A stretch of DNA of 64,000 nucleotides from Haliea sp. (GTDB lineage Bacteria; Pseudomonadota; Gammaproteobacteria; Pseudomonadales; Halieaceae): NCBI GenBank assembly GCA_024642265.1, contig JAHEBL010000007.1, forward strand, positions 5,640 to 69,639, given 5' to 3'. The notes beneath the pieces were generated by a model. The model was not told the DNA's origin and ran no database searches. It saw nothing but the letters and a program-made list of their open reading frames with translations. The translations under genes and the position numbers were made by a program. Of this stretch, positions 48,806 through 57,685 are shown one piece after another (positions within the stretch are counted from its first letter, which is position 1; the number at the start of each line of letters is the position of its first letter).

Positions 48806-50554
48806 ATGGTGGAGTTGTTATCTGGTGGCGAGATGATCGCCCGCGCGTTGGAAGATGAGGGGGTCGAATACATATTCGGCTATCCGGGCGGCGCTGTTCT
48901 GCATATTTATGATGCCCTGTTCAAGGACTGCAAGGTGCCCCATGTCCTGGTGCGGCACGAGCAGGCGGCCACTCACGCGGCCGACGGCTATGCCCGGGCC
49001 ACCGGCAAGCCTGGTGTGGTGCTGGTCACCTCCGGCCCCGGCGCCACCAATGCCATTACCGGCATTGCCACTGCCTACATGGATTCCATTCCCATGGTGG
49101 TATTTTCCGGCCAGGTGCAGAGCCACCTGATCGGGGAAGATGCCTTCCAGGAAACCGATATGATCGGTATCTCGCGCCCTATCGTGAAGCACAGCTTCAT
49201 GGTCAAGAAGGCCGAGGATATCCCGGTGATGATCAAGAAAGCGTTTCATATCGCTGCCACCGGGCGTCCCGGGCCGGTCGTCATCGATATTCCCAAGGAC
49301 ATCACCCGCCCGGATGAGAAATTTGAATACCACTACCCGCGCTCGGTGAAGATGCGTTCCTACGCACCTGCCCAGCGCGGCCATACGGGCCAGATCAAGA
49401 AAGCGGCGAAACTGCTGGTGTCTGCCAAACGGCCCATCATTTACGCCGGCGGTGGGGTGATCCAGGGGGAGGGCAGTGATTTGCTGACCCGCCTGGCAAG
49501 GGAATTGAACTACCCGGTAACCAATACACTGATGGGGCTCGGCGCCTTCCCGGCAACGGACAGGCAGTTTCTCGGTATGCTGGGAATGCACGGTTTTTAT
49601 GAAGCCAATATGGCGATGCACCACAGTGATGTCATCCTTGCCGTAGGTGCCCGCTTCGACGACCGGGTGACCAATACCGTGAGCAAATTCTGCCCGGGCG
49701 CCAAGATTATTCACGTGGATGTTGATCCCGCGTCAATTTCGAAGACCGTGCCTGCCGATATACCCATCGTCGGGCCGGTGCAGGCGGTGCTTGAGGAGCT
49801 TCTTGCCCAGCTCGCGACTATCCGTGAGAAGGAGAGCGATCTGCCCGACCAGGGCGCACTGGAGCGCTGGTGGAAACAGATTGATGAGTGGCGCGGCAAG
49901 CATGGCCTGTGGACAGGTCGTCGCTATGGCGAAAGCAAGATGATCATGCCGCAACAGGTTATCGAAAGCCTTTACCGGGTTACCGACGGCGACGCCTACG
50001 TGACCTCGGACGTCGGCCAGCACCAGATGTTCGCGGCCCAGTACTACCGGTTTGACCAGCCGCGGCGCTGGATCAATTCAGGGGGGCTGGGAACCATGGG
50101 CTTCGGCCTGCCCGCCGCCATGGGGGTGCAGCTGGCCTTTCCGGACAAGGCGGTGGCCTGTGTCACCGGGGAAGGCAGTATCCAGATGAACATCCAGGAA
50201 CTTTCCACCTGTACCCAGTACAACACGCCGGTAAAGATCATCAACCTGCGCAACAATTACCTGGGTATGGTCAAGCAGTGGCAGGACATGCAGTACGAGG
50301 GGCGTTACGCCATGAGTACCTACGAGGATTCCCTGCCCGACTTCGTCAAGCTGATGGAGGCCTATGGACACGTTGGGATGCAGGTGACCCAATTGTCGGA
50401 GCTGGACGCAAAAATGGAAGAGGCCTTTGCCATGAAGGACAGACTGGTATTCCTCGATATCATCATCGACCCCATGGAGCATGTTTACCCCATGCACGTG
50501 GCACCCAACGGTTCGATGAAGGATATGTGGCTCAGTAAAAACGAGAGGACCTGA
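48806..50554 (+). CDS. ilvI: Acetolactate synthase (acetohydroxy-acid synthase) large subunit
   Basis: [38 protein letters not shown]... and the ThDP motif [18 protein letters not shown] 48806 follows GGGAGA. The 61-codon upstream extension in the ORF track is rejected. Confidence 0.95.
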   Translation: MVELLSGGEMIARALEDEGVEYIFGYPGGAVLHIYDALFKDCKVPHVLVRHEQAATHAADGYARATGKPGVVLVTSGPGATNAITGIATAYMDSIPMVVFSGQVQSHLIGEDAFQETDMIGISRPIVKHSFMVKKAEDIPVMIKKAFHIAATGRPGPVVIDIPKDITRPDEKFEYHYPRSVKMRSYAPAQRGHTGQIKKAAKLLVSAKRPIIYAGGGVIQGEGSDLLTRLARELNYPVTNTLMGLGAFPATDRQFLGMLGMHGFYEANMAMHHSDVILAVGARFDDRVTNTVSKFCPGAKIIHVDVDPASISKTVPADIPIVGPVQAVLEELLAQLATIREKESDLPDQGALERWWKQIDEWRGKHGLWTGRRYGESKMIMPQQVIESLYRVTDGDAYVTSDVGQHQMFAAQYYRFDQPRRWINSGGLGTMGFGLPAAMGVQLAFPDKAVACVTGEGSIQMNIQELSTCTQYNTPVKIINLRNNYLGMVKQWQDMQYEGRYAMSTYEDSLPDFVKLMEAYGHVGMQVTQLSELDAKMEEAFAMKDRLVFLDIIIDPMEHVYPMHVAPNGSMKDMWLSKNERT

Positions 50555-50555
50555 C

Positions 50556-51047
50556 ATGCGGCGCATTATTTCTATGTTGATGGAGAACGAGCCCGGTGCC
50601 CTTTCTCGCGTGGTCGGTCTGTTTTCCCAGCGCGGCTATAACATCGAGACTCTCAATGTGGCACCCACTGACGACCCGACACTGTCGCGCCTGACCCTGA
50701 CCACCGCCGGCGATGACAAGCAGATCGAACAGATAACCAAGCACCTGAACAAGCTGGTGGATGTGGTGAAACTGGTTGACCTGACCGAAGGCGCGCATAT
50801 CGAGCGTGACCTTATGCTGATCAAGGTGCGGGCCCAGGGCGTCCTGCGGGATGAAGTGAAGCGCACGACGGATATTTTCCGGGGCCAGATCGTGGACGTG
50901 GGGCCCAATGTCTACACAATCCAGCTCGCTGGCACCAGCGACAAGCTCGATTCATTCGTAGCCGCCATGGCCGATGTAGACATACTCGAGGTTGTACGTT
51001 CCGGTGTGGCCGGTATCTCCCGGGGAGAGAAGGTCCTGAGCCTGTAG
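50556..51047 (+). CDS. ilvH: Acetolactate synthase small (regulatory) subunit
   Basis: MRRIISMLMENEPGALSRVVGLFSQRGYNIETLNVAPTDDPTLSRLT is an ACT domain; 163 aa. Confidence 0.95.
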   Translation: MRRIISMLMENEPGALSRVVGLFSQRGYNIETLNVAPTDDPTLSRLTLTTAGDDKQIEQITKHLNKLVDVVKLVDLTEGAHIERDLMLIKVRAQGVLRDEVKRTTDIFRGQIVDVGPNVYTIQLAGTSDKLDSFVAAMADVDILEVVRSGVAGISRGEKVLSL

Positions 51048-51121
51048 GTTTTCACCGTCGCAGGAGTTGTAACTGCGATGCCCCGGAGAGCCTCCTGCCG
51101 GTTGGAGTCTCTTCGGAGCGG

Positions 51122-52588
51122 TTAGTGGCCGCGGCGGGCTTCCATGCGCTTGAGCATGGTGCTCATGAAGCGGCGATAGAGATCCATGCCGAGGTACTTG
51201 TCCTCAACCCCCTTGTCCACGTTGGGGTTGTCGTTTACCTCGATCACGCAGCCCTTGCCATCCTTCTCCTTGAGGTCCACCCCGTAGAGGCTGTCGCCAA
51301 TAGGTTTGGTGGCTCTCAATGCGGTCTCGACGACGGAGTGCGGTACATCGGCAATGGGCAGGGTTTCGAACCCACCCGAATCCGTGCGGTTGCCGTGCCG
51401 GTAGATCTGCCAGTGATCCTTGACCATGAAGTACCTGCAGGCAAACAGTGGCTGGTTGTCCAGGACGCCGATACGCCAGTCGAAGTCGGTGTAAAGAAAT
51501 TCCTGTGCCAGCAGCAAGGTGGAGTGGCGGAACAGTTTTTTACAGATCTCCGCCAGCTGCTCGGCGTCCCTGGCTTTTTCCACACCCTTGGAAAACGCAC
51601 CGTCGGGAATCTTCACGACGATCGGAAAACCCAGCGTCTGTTCCAGCTCACGCAACTGCGCCGGTTGGTCCTTGTACAGCACTACCGTGCGTGGTGACGA
51701 AACCTTGTGAATCCTGAACAGGTCCGCCAGGTAGATCTTGTTGGTGCAGCGCAGGATTGAGTTGCTGTCGTCGATGGTTACCAGGCCCTCGTTTTCGGCC
51801 TTCTTGGCGAAGCGGTAGGTATAGTGATCTATGTTGGTGGTTGTGCGGATAAACAGGCCGTCGTATTCCGGCAGCCGCAGGTAATCCCGCTGGCGGATGA
51901 CATCGCAATCAATTCCCATCTCCTTGCCGGCCCGGATAAAGCGTTTCAAGGCCCCCTTGTCGGAAGGTGGCATGGCTTCTTCCGGGTCGCAAAGAATGGC
52001 CAGATCGTAGCGGGCCGCCTTTTTCTTGCGGCTTTTGCGCCAGACCTTGCGGCTGAATACGTCGAGGGCCGTGGCGAACATGTCCGCCTGCTCCTCGTTC
52101 AGCTGTTTGGGTGACCTTGACTTGAGGCTGGCTATTTCCCAGCGCTTGCGAAAGCGCAGAGTGATCTCGAGGATGGGGCAGGGAAAGGTCTCGAACAGCT
52201 TTTCGGCCAGGTCGTCGTAACGGTTGTCCTGTGCCTGTCCGAAAAAACTATGGACTATGACAGGCTGGTCGGGGTCGGCTTCCTGCAGGGATTTATAAAC
52301 CCCCTCGCCAAAATCATCGATATGGATGCGGTAGAGGGCGCGCTTGCTGAGGTCATTGAGCGTGCGCACCGAGGGTATGACATTGTGGCCGCGGGCCTCC
52401 GCCAGCAGGGAGCAGTAATAGCCTTCTGACAGATAATCGAAGTTGCGGCACAGATTGATGATGCGGGTCCTGGGCGCGGCCTGCAGATGGTTGCTGTTCA
52501 TGTAGTCGGTGAAGCTGATGACCTGCTCACTCGGGAAATAGGGTGCCCAGTCCTTCAGGCTATGGATGACAATGAGGGTTTGTGACAT
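51122..52588 (-). CDS. RimK-family ATP-grasp ligase with an N-terminal extension of about 190 aa
   Basis: From about residue 193, YDLAILCDPEE...GLFIRTTT...LGFPIVVKIPDGAFSKGVEKA...LAQEFLYTDFDWRIGVL...GCVIEVNDNPNV aligns with the RimK/ATP-grasp core. I chose ATG 52588 (MSQTLIVIH). Confidence 0.8.
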   Translation of the reverse strand: MSQTLIVIHSLKDWAPYFPSEQVISFTDYMNSNHLQAAPRTRIINLCRNFDYLSEGYYCSLLAEARGHNVIPSVRTLNDLSKRALYRIHIDDFGEGVYKSLQEADPDQPVIVHSFFGQAQDNRYDDLAEKLFETFPCPILEITLRFRKRWEIASLKSRSPKQLNEEQADMFATALDVFSRKVWRKSRKKKAARYDLAILCDPEEAMPPSDKGALKRFIRAGKEMGIDCDVIRQRDYLRLPEYDGLFIRTTTNIDHYTYRFAKKAENEGLVTIDDSNSILRCTNKIYLADLFRIHKVSSPRTVVLYKDQPAQLRELEQTLGFPIVVKIPDGAFSKGVEKARDAEQLAEICKKLFRHSTLLLAQEFLYTDFDWRIGVLDNQPLFACRYFMVKDHWQIYRHGNRTDSGGFETLPIADVPHSVVETALRATKPIGDSLYGVDLKEKDGKGCVIEVNDNPNVDKGVEDKYLGMDLYRRFMSTMLKRMEARRGH

Positions 52589-52803
52589 GAAACGAATCCT
52601 GGCGTTGAGCCCTGGCGCGGGGAGGTGGGAAGTGCGCAAGCAAGTATTTTACACCATTGGCTGGCAGTCAATTGCGTGTCGGGATATATTTCAACCGTTA
52701 AATTCGGAGCAGGCATGCACTCCCTTTCCACTATCTTACAGATCACCGGCCCCCGCGCCCGGTTCCCCGCTGTTTCCTCTCTGGCGAAATCCCGGGTCCT
52801 CCC

Positions 52804-53925
52804 GTGAGCAGTATTCGCAAAGCCGTCGCAACGGACATCGATGAGCTGCTGCGGCTGGAGGCGCTGGCGTTCCAGGGCGACAGGTTGAGCCGTCGCAGCT
52901 TCAAGCGCTGGCTGCGGCATTCCGGCTGTGTCTTCCTGGTAAGGGAAGAGGAGGGCGCGCTGGGTGGCTATATACTCGTGATCCTGCGCCGCGGCACCCG
53001 ACTTGCCAGGCTGTACTCGCTGGCGGTGGATCCGGCGCACCAGGGGCGCGGTATCGCTGCGGGGCTGATCGAGCGCGCCGAGCAGGCTGCCCGGGATGCG
53101 GGCGCGCTTTATATGCGGCTTGAGGTGGCGGGCAACAATGCCGCGGCGATCAACCTCTACCGGAAGCTCGGCTACACGCAGTTTGGCTTGTACCGGGACT
53201 ATTATGAAGACCACAGCGACGCCCTGCGGATGGAAAAATGTATACACCGCCTGGAGCCTGCCAGCGCCAACAGGGCCATTCCCTGGATATCGCAGACGAC
53301 TCCCTTCACCTGCGGGCCGGCATCCCTGATGATGGCGATGAACGGTCTCGACCCTGATTACTGCCCGAGTCCGCTGGAGGAAGTGCAAATCTGGCGCGAG
53401 GCCACGACGATATTCATGACCTCGGGACATGGCGGCTGCCACCCGGTGGGACTTGCGCTGGCAGCGACTGTCAGGGGTTTCAAGGCCGAGGTCTGGGTTA
53501 ACAAGAAGGGACCGCTGTTTCTGGATGGTGTGCGCGACCCCAACAAGAAACGGATCATGAGCCTGGTGCACGAGTCGTTCATCTCGCAGGCGAAAAAACA
53601 GAAGCTACCCGTGCGCTATGCGGACATAGACCAGGCCCGGCTGGCGGATTGTTACGCCAGGGGAGACAACGTGCTGATACTGATTTCCTCTTACCGCCTG
53701 GATAACCGCAAGGCGCCACACTGGGTTGTGCTCAGCGGCTATGATGAAAACTGCCTGTATTTTCACGACCCGGACCTGGAGGTTGGCCCCTATCTCAGCA
53801 TCGCAGAAGAGCATCGCGAGGCGATTGAGTGCCAGCACGTGCCGATTGCCCGTGCCGATTTCGCGTCCATGAGTTTATTCGGATCCAGCAGATTGCGCAC
53901 CGCCGTGATCCTGCGCAAGCGTTGA
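52804..53925 (+). CDS. Fusion protein: N-terminal GNAT (RimI-like) acetyltransferase plus a C-terminal papain-like C39-type peptidase domain
   Basis: GNAT motif A LAVDPAHQGRGIAAGLIERAE...LEVAGNNAAAINLYRKLGY. Then QTTPFTCGPASLMMAM (candidate Cys170) and APHWVVLSGYDENCLYFHDPD (candidate His306/Asp). GTG start with no obvious SD. Confidence 0.75.
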   Translation: MSSIRKAVATDIDELLRLEALAFQGDRLSRRSFKRWLRHSGCVFLVREEEGALGGYILVILRRGTRLARLYSLAVDPAHQGRGIAAGLIERAEQAARDAGALYMRLEVAGNNAAAINLYRKLGYTQFGLYRDYYEDHSDALRMEKCIHRLEPASANRAIPWISQTTPFTCGPASLMMAMNGLDPDYCPSPLEEVQIWREATTIFMTSGHGGCHPVGLALAATVRGFKAEVWVNKKGPLFLDGVRDPNKKRIMSLVHESFISQAKKQKLPVRYADIDQARLADCYARGDNVLILISSYRLDNRKAPHWVVLSGYDENCLYFHDPDLEVGPYLSIAEEHREAIECQHVPIARADFASMSLFGSSRLRTAVILRKR

Positions 53926-53971
53926 TATCAGAGGGAGATTCACACGGTGGGAAAAGTAATGGGTAAGGGCG

Positions 53972-55258
53972 ATGTCCGAACATAACGACAAGTACCTCGA
54001 GCTGGTAAGGGAGTTGTCCGACCGTATTGTCGAGGCCCAGCGACCCATTCGCATCCTCGATGGCATCAAGTGGTGCGGCAGCGTGCGCAGTGACTTTTTT
54101 GCCAGTGGCTGCAGGAATCTGCCGGCGGTCGATGCCGATTACTACCAGTGCAAGAACCCGCTGGAGTTTGATCCGGCCCAGGTGCGTGGTGTGTTCCACC
54201 AGATCGACCGGGATATTGCCCGCAAGCTTGGGCAGTTAAATCCGCTGGCGACGATCATGCGGCGCATTTGCCGGGAGTATCAGACTGTTGTGCGAATGCT
54301 GGAAGCCCGGGGTACCCCTGACTTTGGTACCTACTCGGAGGAACTGTACGGTTCGGCCTCTGACGTTTTCCATGCGGGGGACCCCACCCTTGCCGATCTC
54401 GGTACAACCATGGAAGAGACCCTGATAAACCTCCTTAAAAACCAGTCGATGGTTGAGTCCAGTAAGGATATTACGGCAGAAGAGGCGGTAGAGATGCTCA
54501 ACCAGCGACTGCTGGACGCCTTTCCGGATGCCGGTATCCGGGTGCTGCTGAATGACCAGATGACTGCCGACGCCGCGGCCGGGTCGGATTATCTGAAAAT
54601 CCGCAGCGACGCCATGTTCAATTCACTGGATATCGACGTACTGGAGGTGCACGAGGGCTGGGTGCACCTGGGTACTACCCTCAACGGCATGGCCCAGCCC
54701 TGGTGCACCTTTCTAGGCAAGGGGCCTCCGTCGTCCACCACCACCCAGGAAGGTCTTGCTGTATTGACCGAAATCCTGACCATGCGGTCCAGCCCGACGC
54801 GACTCTATCGCCTGGTAAACCGTGTGCGCGCGGTCACGCTCGCGGAGCAGGGGGCCGATTTTGTCGAGGTATTCGACTATCTGCGGGCTAATGAAATGTC
54901 GGATGACGACAGCTATGCCATCGCCGTGAGGATATTCCGTGGCAGTACCCCCGCCGGCCGGCCCTTTACCAAAGACCTGGCCTACATGCGGGGCTTTATA
55001 CAGACCTACAATTTCATGCGCCTGGCCATGAGTGAGGGGAGGCTGGATAACCTGCCGGTGCTGTTCTGCGGCAAGGTAACGCTGGAGGATGTAAAAACCT
55101 ACCGCATGCTCATGGACGAAGGCGTTGTCATGCCACCCAAGTTTTTGCCGCCACACTTCGCGGATATGAAAGGGCTCGCCACCTGGATGAGTTTTTCACG
55201 CTTTATCTCCAGCCTCAGTTTCGATCAACTGCAGGCGGATTACAGCGCGTTGCTGTAG
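53972..55258 (+). CDS. DUF1704 'QEGLA motif' protein (MATCAP-type putative metallocarboxypeptidase)
   Basis: HExxxH-type VHEGWVH (nt 54650-54667) and TTQEGLAVLTE (QEGLA at nt 54746-54760); 428 aa. It starts 46 nt downstream of the GNAT/C39 gene. Confidence 0.8.
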   Translation: MSEHNDKYLELVRELSDRIVEAQRPIRILDGIKWCGSVRSDFFASGCRNLPAVDADYYQCKNPLEFDPAQVRGVFHQIDRDIARKLGQLNPLATIMRRICREYQTVVRMLEARGTPDFGTYSEELYGSASDVFHAGDPTLADLGTTMEETLINLLKNQSMVESSKDITAEEAVEMLNQRLLDAFPDAGIRVLLNDQMTADAAAGSDYLKIRSDAMFNSLDIDVLEVHEGWVHLGTTLNGMAQPWCTFLGKGPPSSTTTQEGLAVLTEILTMRSSPTRLYRLVNRVRAVTLAEQGADFVEVFDYLRANEMSDDDSYAIAVRIFRGSTPAGRPFTKDLAYMRGFIQTYNFMRLAMSEGRLDNLPVLFCGKVTLEDVKTYRMLMDEGVVMPPKFLPPHFADMKGLATWMSFSRFISSLSFDQLQADYSALL

Positions 55259-55263
55259 GTCAC

Positions 55264-56430
55264 TCAGGACAGGCGGTCCCGGAAGTCCGCGTACCCGAAC
55301 TCGCGCACGATTTCCAGTTCATCCGTGATTGAGTTCCAGAGGGCAATTGACGGCAGCAGTGTGCCGTTGAAGGTCGACGTCTTGACCATGGTGTAGTGGG
55401 CCATATCCCCGAATACCAGGCGCTGGCCCACCCGCAGAGGCGCGCTGAAACTGTAGTCCCCGATAACGTCACCGGCCAGGCAAGTGAGGCCACCGAGCCG
55501 GTAGGTGTGCTCCAGCTCACCGGCCTCACCGGCGCCGAAGATATCGGGGCGATATGGCATCTCCAGGGTGTCGGGCATATGGCAGGTGGCGGAGGTGTCC
55601 AGAATCGCCTGGTTCATGCTGTTCCAGGTGAGGTCCAGGACCTCCGCGACCAGTACACCGCTGCCGATAGCCACGGCTTCGCCGGGCTCGAGGTATACCT
55701 GCACATCGTATTTTTCGCTGAACTGGCGAATTCGCGCGATCAGCTCGTCGAGCTGGTAGCCGGGCCGGCTGATGTGGTGGCCGCCGCCGAAGTTGATCCA
55801 TTCCATAGTGCCGATCAGGTGGCCGAATTTTTCCTCAACTGCATCCAGGGTGCGCTTGAGCGGTGGAAAATCCTGTTCGCAGAGAGTGTGAAAGTGCAGC
55901 CCGCTGATCCCCTCAAGTACGCCTTCATCCAGCTGGGACAGGGGTATGCCGAGCCGTGAGCCGGGCGCGCAGGGGTCATAGATCGGGACGGTGCCCTCGG
56001 AGTGCTCGGGGTTGATGCGCAAACCAAATTGCAGGTGGGGCCGGCGCGACCTCGCGGCCTCGATGTGGGGCTGGAAGCGGCTCCACTGGTTGCAGCTGTT
56101 GAAGACCACATGGTCCGCCAGCACCAGAATTTCCTCCAGGCTGGCTTCACTGTAGGCGGCGCTGAAGACGTGAACTTCGCCGCCATAGTGTTCGCTGCCC
56201 AGGCGGGCCTCGTGCAGCCCGCTGGAGCAGGTGCCGTCCAGGTAACGGGACACCAGTGGCGCAAGCCGCCACATTGAAAATGCCTTCAGTGCTGCCAGCA
56301 CCTTGGCGCCACTGGCATCAGCCACCTGGCGCAGGATCCGCAGATTGCGCTCGACAGCCACCTCGTCTACCACAAAACAGGGAGAGGGCAGCCGGTTAAG
56401 GTCCAGTTTACTGAAATCTGTGAATTGCAA
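55264..56430 (-). CDS. nspC: Carboxynorspermidine/carboxyspermidine decarboxylase
   Basis: LPSPCFVVDEVAVERNLRIL...ALKAFSMW...YLDGTCSSGLHEARLG... resembles Vibrio NspC; PLP-dependent decarboxylase fold. Confidence 0.9.
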   Translation of the reverse strand: MQFTDFSKLDLNRLPSPCFVVDEVAVERNLRILRQVADASGAKVLAALKAFSMWRLAPLVSRYLDGTCSSGLHEARLGSEHYGGEVHVFSAAYSEASLEEILVLADHVVFNSCNQWSRFQPHIEAARSRRPHLQFGLRINPEHSEGTVPIYDPCAPGSRLGIPLSQLDEGVLEGISGLHFHTLCEQDFPPLKRTLDAVEEKFGHLIGTMEWINFGGGHHISRPGYQLDELIARIRQFSEKYDVQVYLEPGEAVAIGSGVLVAEVLDLTWNSMNQAILDTSATCHMPDTLEMPYRPDIFGAGEAGELEHTYRLGGLTCLAGDVIGDYSFSAPLRVGQRLVFGDMAHYTMVKTSTFNGTLLPSIALWNSITDELEIVREFGYADFRDRLS

Positions 56431-56438
56431 AGCGCGGC

Positions 56439-57659
56439 CTACAGTTCCTTGCCTTTTACCAGATCCAGGCGGAAGCCCGGGTCCAGTTCCACCACCTTCC
56501 AGGGCAGGCCATAGCGGTTCATATCCTCCATGAATGGGTCCGGGTCACACTCTTCGATGTTCCATACGCCGGGCTCGCGCCAGTTGCCCTCGATGATCAT
56601 TTTCGCACCGATCATGGCCGGTACCCCGGTAGTGTAGGAAATAGCCTGGGACTGGACTTCGCGGTAACACTCCTGGTGGTCGCAGATATTGTAAAGGTAC
56701 ATCACACGTTCCTTGCCGTCCTTCAGGCCGCGCACAATGCAGCCAATGCAGGTCTTGCCTTTGGTGCGTGGACCGAGGCTGGACGGGTCGGGCAGCAGGC
56801 GGGCCAGAAACTGGATGGGGACAATCTGCTGCCCCTGGTACTCAACCGGCTCGATCCCTGTCATACCGACATTTTCAAGCACTTCGAGGTGTTTCAGGTA
56901 ATTATCGGAAAAACTCATCCAGAACTGGGCGCGGCGCAGGTCGGGGAAATTCTTGCTGAGGGATTCCAGCTCTTCATGGTACATGCGGTATATATTGAAA
57001 GCGCCGACATCCTCGGGACAGTCGAATCTTGCCATTTTAGACATCGGGGGGGTGGTGACGAACTCGCCGTTCTCCCAGTGGCGGCACTCCGCGCTGACTT
57101 CCCGAATATTGATTTCCGGGTTGAAATTGGTGGCAAACGGATAGCCGTGATCGCCGCCATTGACGTCGATTATGTCCAGCTCGTGTATCTCGTCAAAGTA
57201 GTGCTTGGCGAGGTAGGCGGTGAACATATTGGTGGCGCCGGGATCGAAACCGCTGCCAAGCAGGGCGATAAGCCCCGCCTGCTTGAACTTGTCCTGGTAT
57301 GCCCACTGCCACTTGTACTCGAATTTCGCGGTATCCCTTGGTTCGTAATTCGCTGTATCCAGATAGTTGACGCCGGCCTCTAGGCAGGCGTCCATTATCG
57401 AGAGGTCCTGGTAGGGCAGGGCGACATTGATAACCAGCTCCGGCTTTTCTTTTTTCAGGAGCGCTGCCAGCTCGGCCACATTGTCGGCGTCAACCTGGGC
57501 TGTGCGTACAGGGCGGCTCAACTGGGCCGCGATGGCCTGGCATTTTGCCTCGGTGCGGCTGGCAAGCACGATCTCCGGAAACACCTCGGGTAACTGTGCA
57601 CATTTGTGCGCGACCACGCCGCCGACGCCGCCAGCCCCGATAATCATTACTTTGGACAT
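56439..57659 (-). CDS. Carboxynorspermidine/carboxyspermidine synthase (saccharopine-dehydrogenase family, CANSDH/CASDH)
   Basis: MSKVMIIGAGGVGGVVAHKCAQ...ASRT...YLDTANYEP...KWQWAY...GFDPGATNMF...ATNFNPEINIRE parallels Vibrio CANSDH. Confidence 0.88.
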   Translation of the reverse strand: MSKVMIIGAGGVGGVVAHKCAQLPEVFPEIVLASRTEAKCQAIAAQLSRPVRTAQVDADNVAELAALLKKEKPELVINVALPYQDLSIMDACLEAGVNYLDTANYEPRDTAKFEYKWQWAYQDKFKQAGLIALLGSGFDPGATNMFTAYLAKHYFDEIHELDIIDVNGGDHGYPFATNFNPEINIREVSAECRHWENGEFVTTPPMSKMARFDCPEDVGAFNIYRMYHEELESLSKNFPDLRRAQFWMSFSDNYLKHLEVLENVGMTGIEPVEYQGQQIVPIQFLARLLPDPSSLGPRTKGKTCIGCIVRGLKDGKERVMYLYNICDHQECYREVQSQAISYTTGVPAMIGAKMIIEGNWREPGVWNIEECDPDPFMEDMNRYGLPWKVVELDPGFRLDLVKGKEL

Positions 57660-57685
57660 TAAAGCTTCCTTTATTGTGTCAACTG

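Noticed and set aside
52648-52662. TGGCAG-N4-TTGC motif in the divergent region between the RimK-like and GNAT/C39 genes.
   Set aside because: The GG-to-GC spacing is one nucleotide short of the sigma54 consensus, so it is most likely a chance match.
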